From NCBI GenBank assembly GCA_039028615.1, contig JBCCHT010000011.1, positions 96,001-160,000 of the forward strand: a DNA stretch of 64,000 nt, read 5' to 3'. Of this stretch, positions 62,557-64,000 are shown one piece after another (position 1 is the first letter of the stretch; every line of letters starts with the position of its first letter). The position numbers and the translations under genes were made by a program. Source of the DNA: Myxococcota bacterium. GTDB taxonomy: Bacteria > Myxococcota_A > Polyangia > Nannocystales > Nannocystaceae. The notes beneath the pieces were generated by a model, which did no database searches, was not told the DNA's origin, and saw nothing but the letters and a program-made list of their open reading frames with translations.

Positions 62557-63752
62557 ACCGCCAGACACAGCTGCTGTTCGGACTCATCGCGACCGTTTTC
62601 GTCACGCTGGCGCTCGCTTGGGTCACGGTGCAGGCCCTCGTGTTCCGCCCCGCGATCGGACAGCGGGAGCGAGCGCGGACCCACCAGGTACTGGACGCCG
62701 CCGAGCTCATGCGCTCCGGGATGAGCAAGCCGGAGATCGAGGCGAGTCGCGGCATCGATCTCCGGGTGTACCTCGGGCAGCCCGACGGGCCTCCACCCGG
62801 GGATGGGTGGGTCCGGCAGGACACCGAACGAGGCACCATCTGGAAGCGCACGGGCGGCAAGTACGAGATCGCCGCGTGGACGGGTCGGACCTGGGTGGTG
62901 ATCGAAGAGGACCTCCCCTATGGCACCACCTTCGCGGTAGCCCTCATCGCCGGCGGTATCCCGGTGATCCTCTTGATGTTGGGTCTCAGCCATCGGGCCA
63001 ATCGTCATCAACACCGAGCCGAACAGAGCTTGGCTCGGATCGCAGAGGGTAACCTCGCGGAACGGCTCGACGAGCACGCGGGTAACCGGGAGGTTCGCCG
63101 GGTCGCCGTGGCCGTCAACCAGATGGCCGCCCAGCTACAAGCGCTCATCGAATCCGAGCGCCACCAGATGGCGGGGCTCTCCCACGAGCTGCGCACGCCG
63201 CTGACGCGGATTCGCCTCGAGCTCGAGCTCGCCAGACGTGAAGGAGGGCCCACCAAGCGCCTCGATCGAGTGGAGCGAGACATCGAGGGTTTCGACGCCA
63301 TGTTGACCGAGATGCTCGATCTGTCGCGATTGAAGGTGGTCGGCAAGCCCCTGTTGAAACGCGAGGCCATCGCCCTGGAGCACCTGGCCCAGGACGTCGT
63401 CGGCGAGGCGTCGGGTGAGGTCGAGATTCTGGGGACGGGCACCGCCACGGTCGACCCGACGTTGGTGGCCCGCCTCATCCGCAATCTACTTCGCAACAGT
63501 GCACAGCACGCGGCGTCGAGCCGGCGATGGATTGAGGTCGCGGACGACACCCTCCGTGTCGGCGACGATGGTCCAGGGATCGCCCCAGACCAGCACACCA
63601 CTGCGCTCGAGGCGTTCCAACGCGGCGACTCTTCAACCGGGCACGGGCTCGGGTTGGCGATCGTCGCCGCGATCGCAGCGCTTCACGACGGGTCGGTATC
63701 CCTCTCCGAGCCGCCCGGGCTCGTCGTCACGGTCTGCTTCGGGCCTTCCTGA
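62553..63752 (+). CDS. HAMP-domain sensor histidine kinase
   Basis: TTGA overlap with regulator; two TM; SHELRTPL, NLLRNS, DDGPGI, GHGLGL. Confidence 0.93.
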   Translation: MNRQTQLLFGLIATVFVTLALAWVTVQALVFRPAIGQRERARTHQVLDAAELMRSGMSKPEIEASRGIDLRVYLGQPDGPPPGDGWVRQDTERGTIWKRTGGKYEIAAWTGRTWVVIEEDLPYGTTFAVALIAGGIPVILLMLGLSHRANRHQHRAEQSLARIAEGNLAERLDEHAGNREVRRVAVAVNQMAAQLQALIESERHQMAGLSHELRTPLTRIRLELELARREGGPTKRLDRVERDIEGFDAMLTEMLDLSRLKVVGKPLLKREAIALEHLAQDVVGEASGEVEILGTGTATVDPTLVARLIRNLLRNSAQHAASSRRWIEVADDTLRVGDDGPGIAPDQHTTALEAFQRGDSSTGHGLGLAIVAAIAALHDGSVSLSEPPGLVVTVCFGPS

Positions 63753-63913
63753 TGCCGCCTTTGAACACGCCGACTCTCCCCTCTCGCGTGTTCGGCAGTG
63801 CGGCATCGTGCCTACGGAGAGCAGTCTCGATGGAGTTTTGCTCCTCGAGGGGTGCAATGGACGGACCGGTTGGTGCGTTGAGGCCGTGCGACGGGGAGGG
63901 CTTCGGGCGGCGG

Positions 63914-64000
63914 ATGACGATTTCACCTAGGTGGGGGTCTGCGGTGGGATCGTGGTCGCGCTTGCTGTGGGCTGTGTGCGGCCTGCTGTTGGTGGGCTGC
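63914..64000 (+). CDS. Possible start of a lipoprotein running out of the window
   Basis: MTISPRWGSAVGSWSRLLWAVCGLLLVGC ends in a lipobox at the window edge. Confidence 0.35.
   Translation, partial: MTISPRWGSAVGSWSRLLWAVCGLLLVGC

Noticed and set aside
59785..64000. Intact prophage or integrative element at tRNA-Ser
   Set aside because: No integrase or phage genes in the window; only compositional hints

Overview
GC-rich chromosomal window, inferred to be from a myxobacterium (MYXO-CTERM anchors, Ser/Thr kinase-TPR, many Cys-rich lipoproteins, FHA-bEBP-like regulator). It holds about 45 CDS and one tRNA-Ser(UGA). I saw no CRISPR array, rRNA, integrase or transposase. Housekeeping genes: S9 peptidase (partial), Fpg/Nei glycosylase, murF, mraY, murD, DTW/TapT, MurJ-like flippase, acnA, HD dNTPase-like protein, TfoX, CvfB, OmpR-type two-component pair. 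Best candidates for a second look: (1) 51.0-56.7 kb, an ECF-like sigma factor that appears to have two tandem sigma2 domains, flanked by two paralogous membrane-anchored proteins and followed by a TPR-CHAT caspase-like protease with its His/Cys dyad; (2) 7.7-13.8 kb, a translationally coupled MoxR / bpX5-like / vWA-propeller / bpX6-like ternary conflict system behind a Ser/Thr kinase; (3) a vitamin K-dependent carboxylase-like HTTM gene near a poly-Asp MYXO-CTERM surface protein broken by one in-frame TAA, plus a second split HTTM pair; (4) two GAFTGA-less sigma54-activator-like genes linked by an exact 20-bp inverted repeat; (5) a plant/fungal-type zincless Fpg; (6) murF inverted relative to mraY-murD with an HNH gene between; (7) repeated leaderless-type -10 elements and a sharp C-to-G strand-skew switch near the tRNA. 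All family calls come from motifs read by eye, not from database searches.
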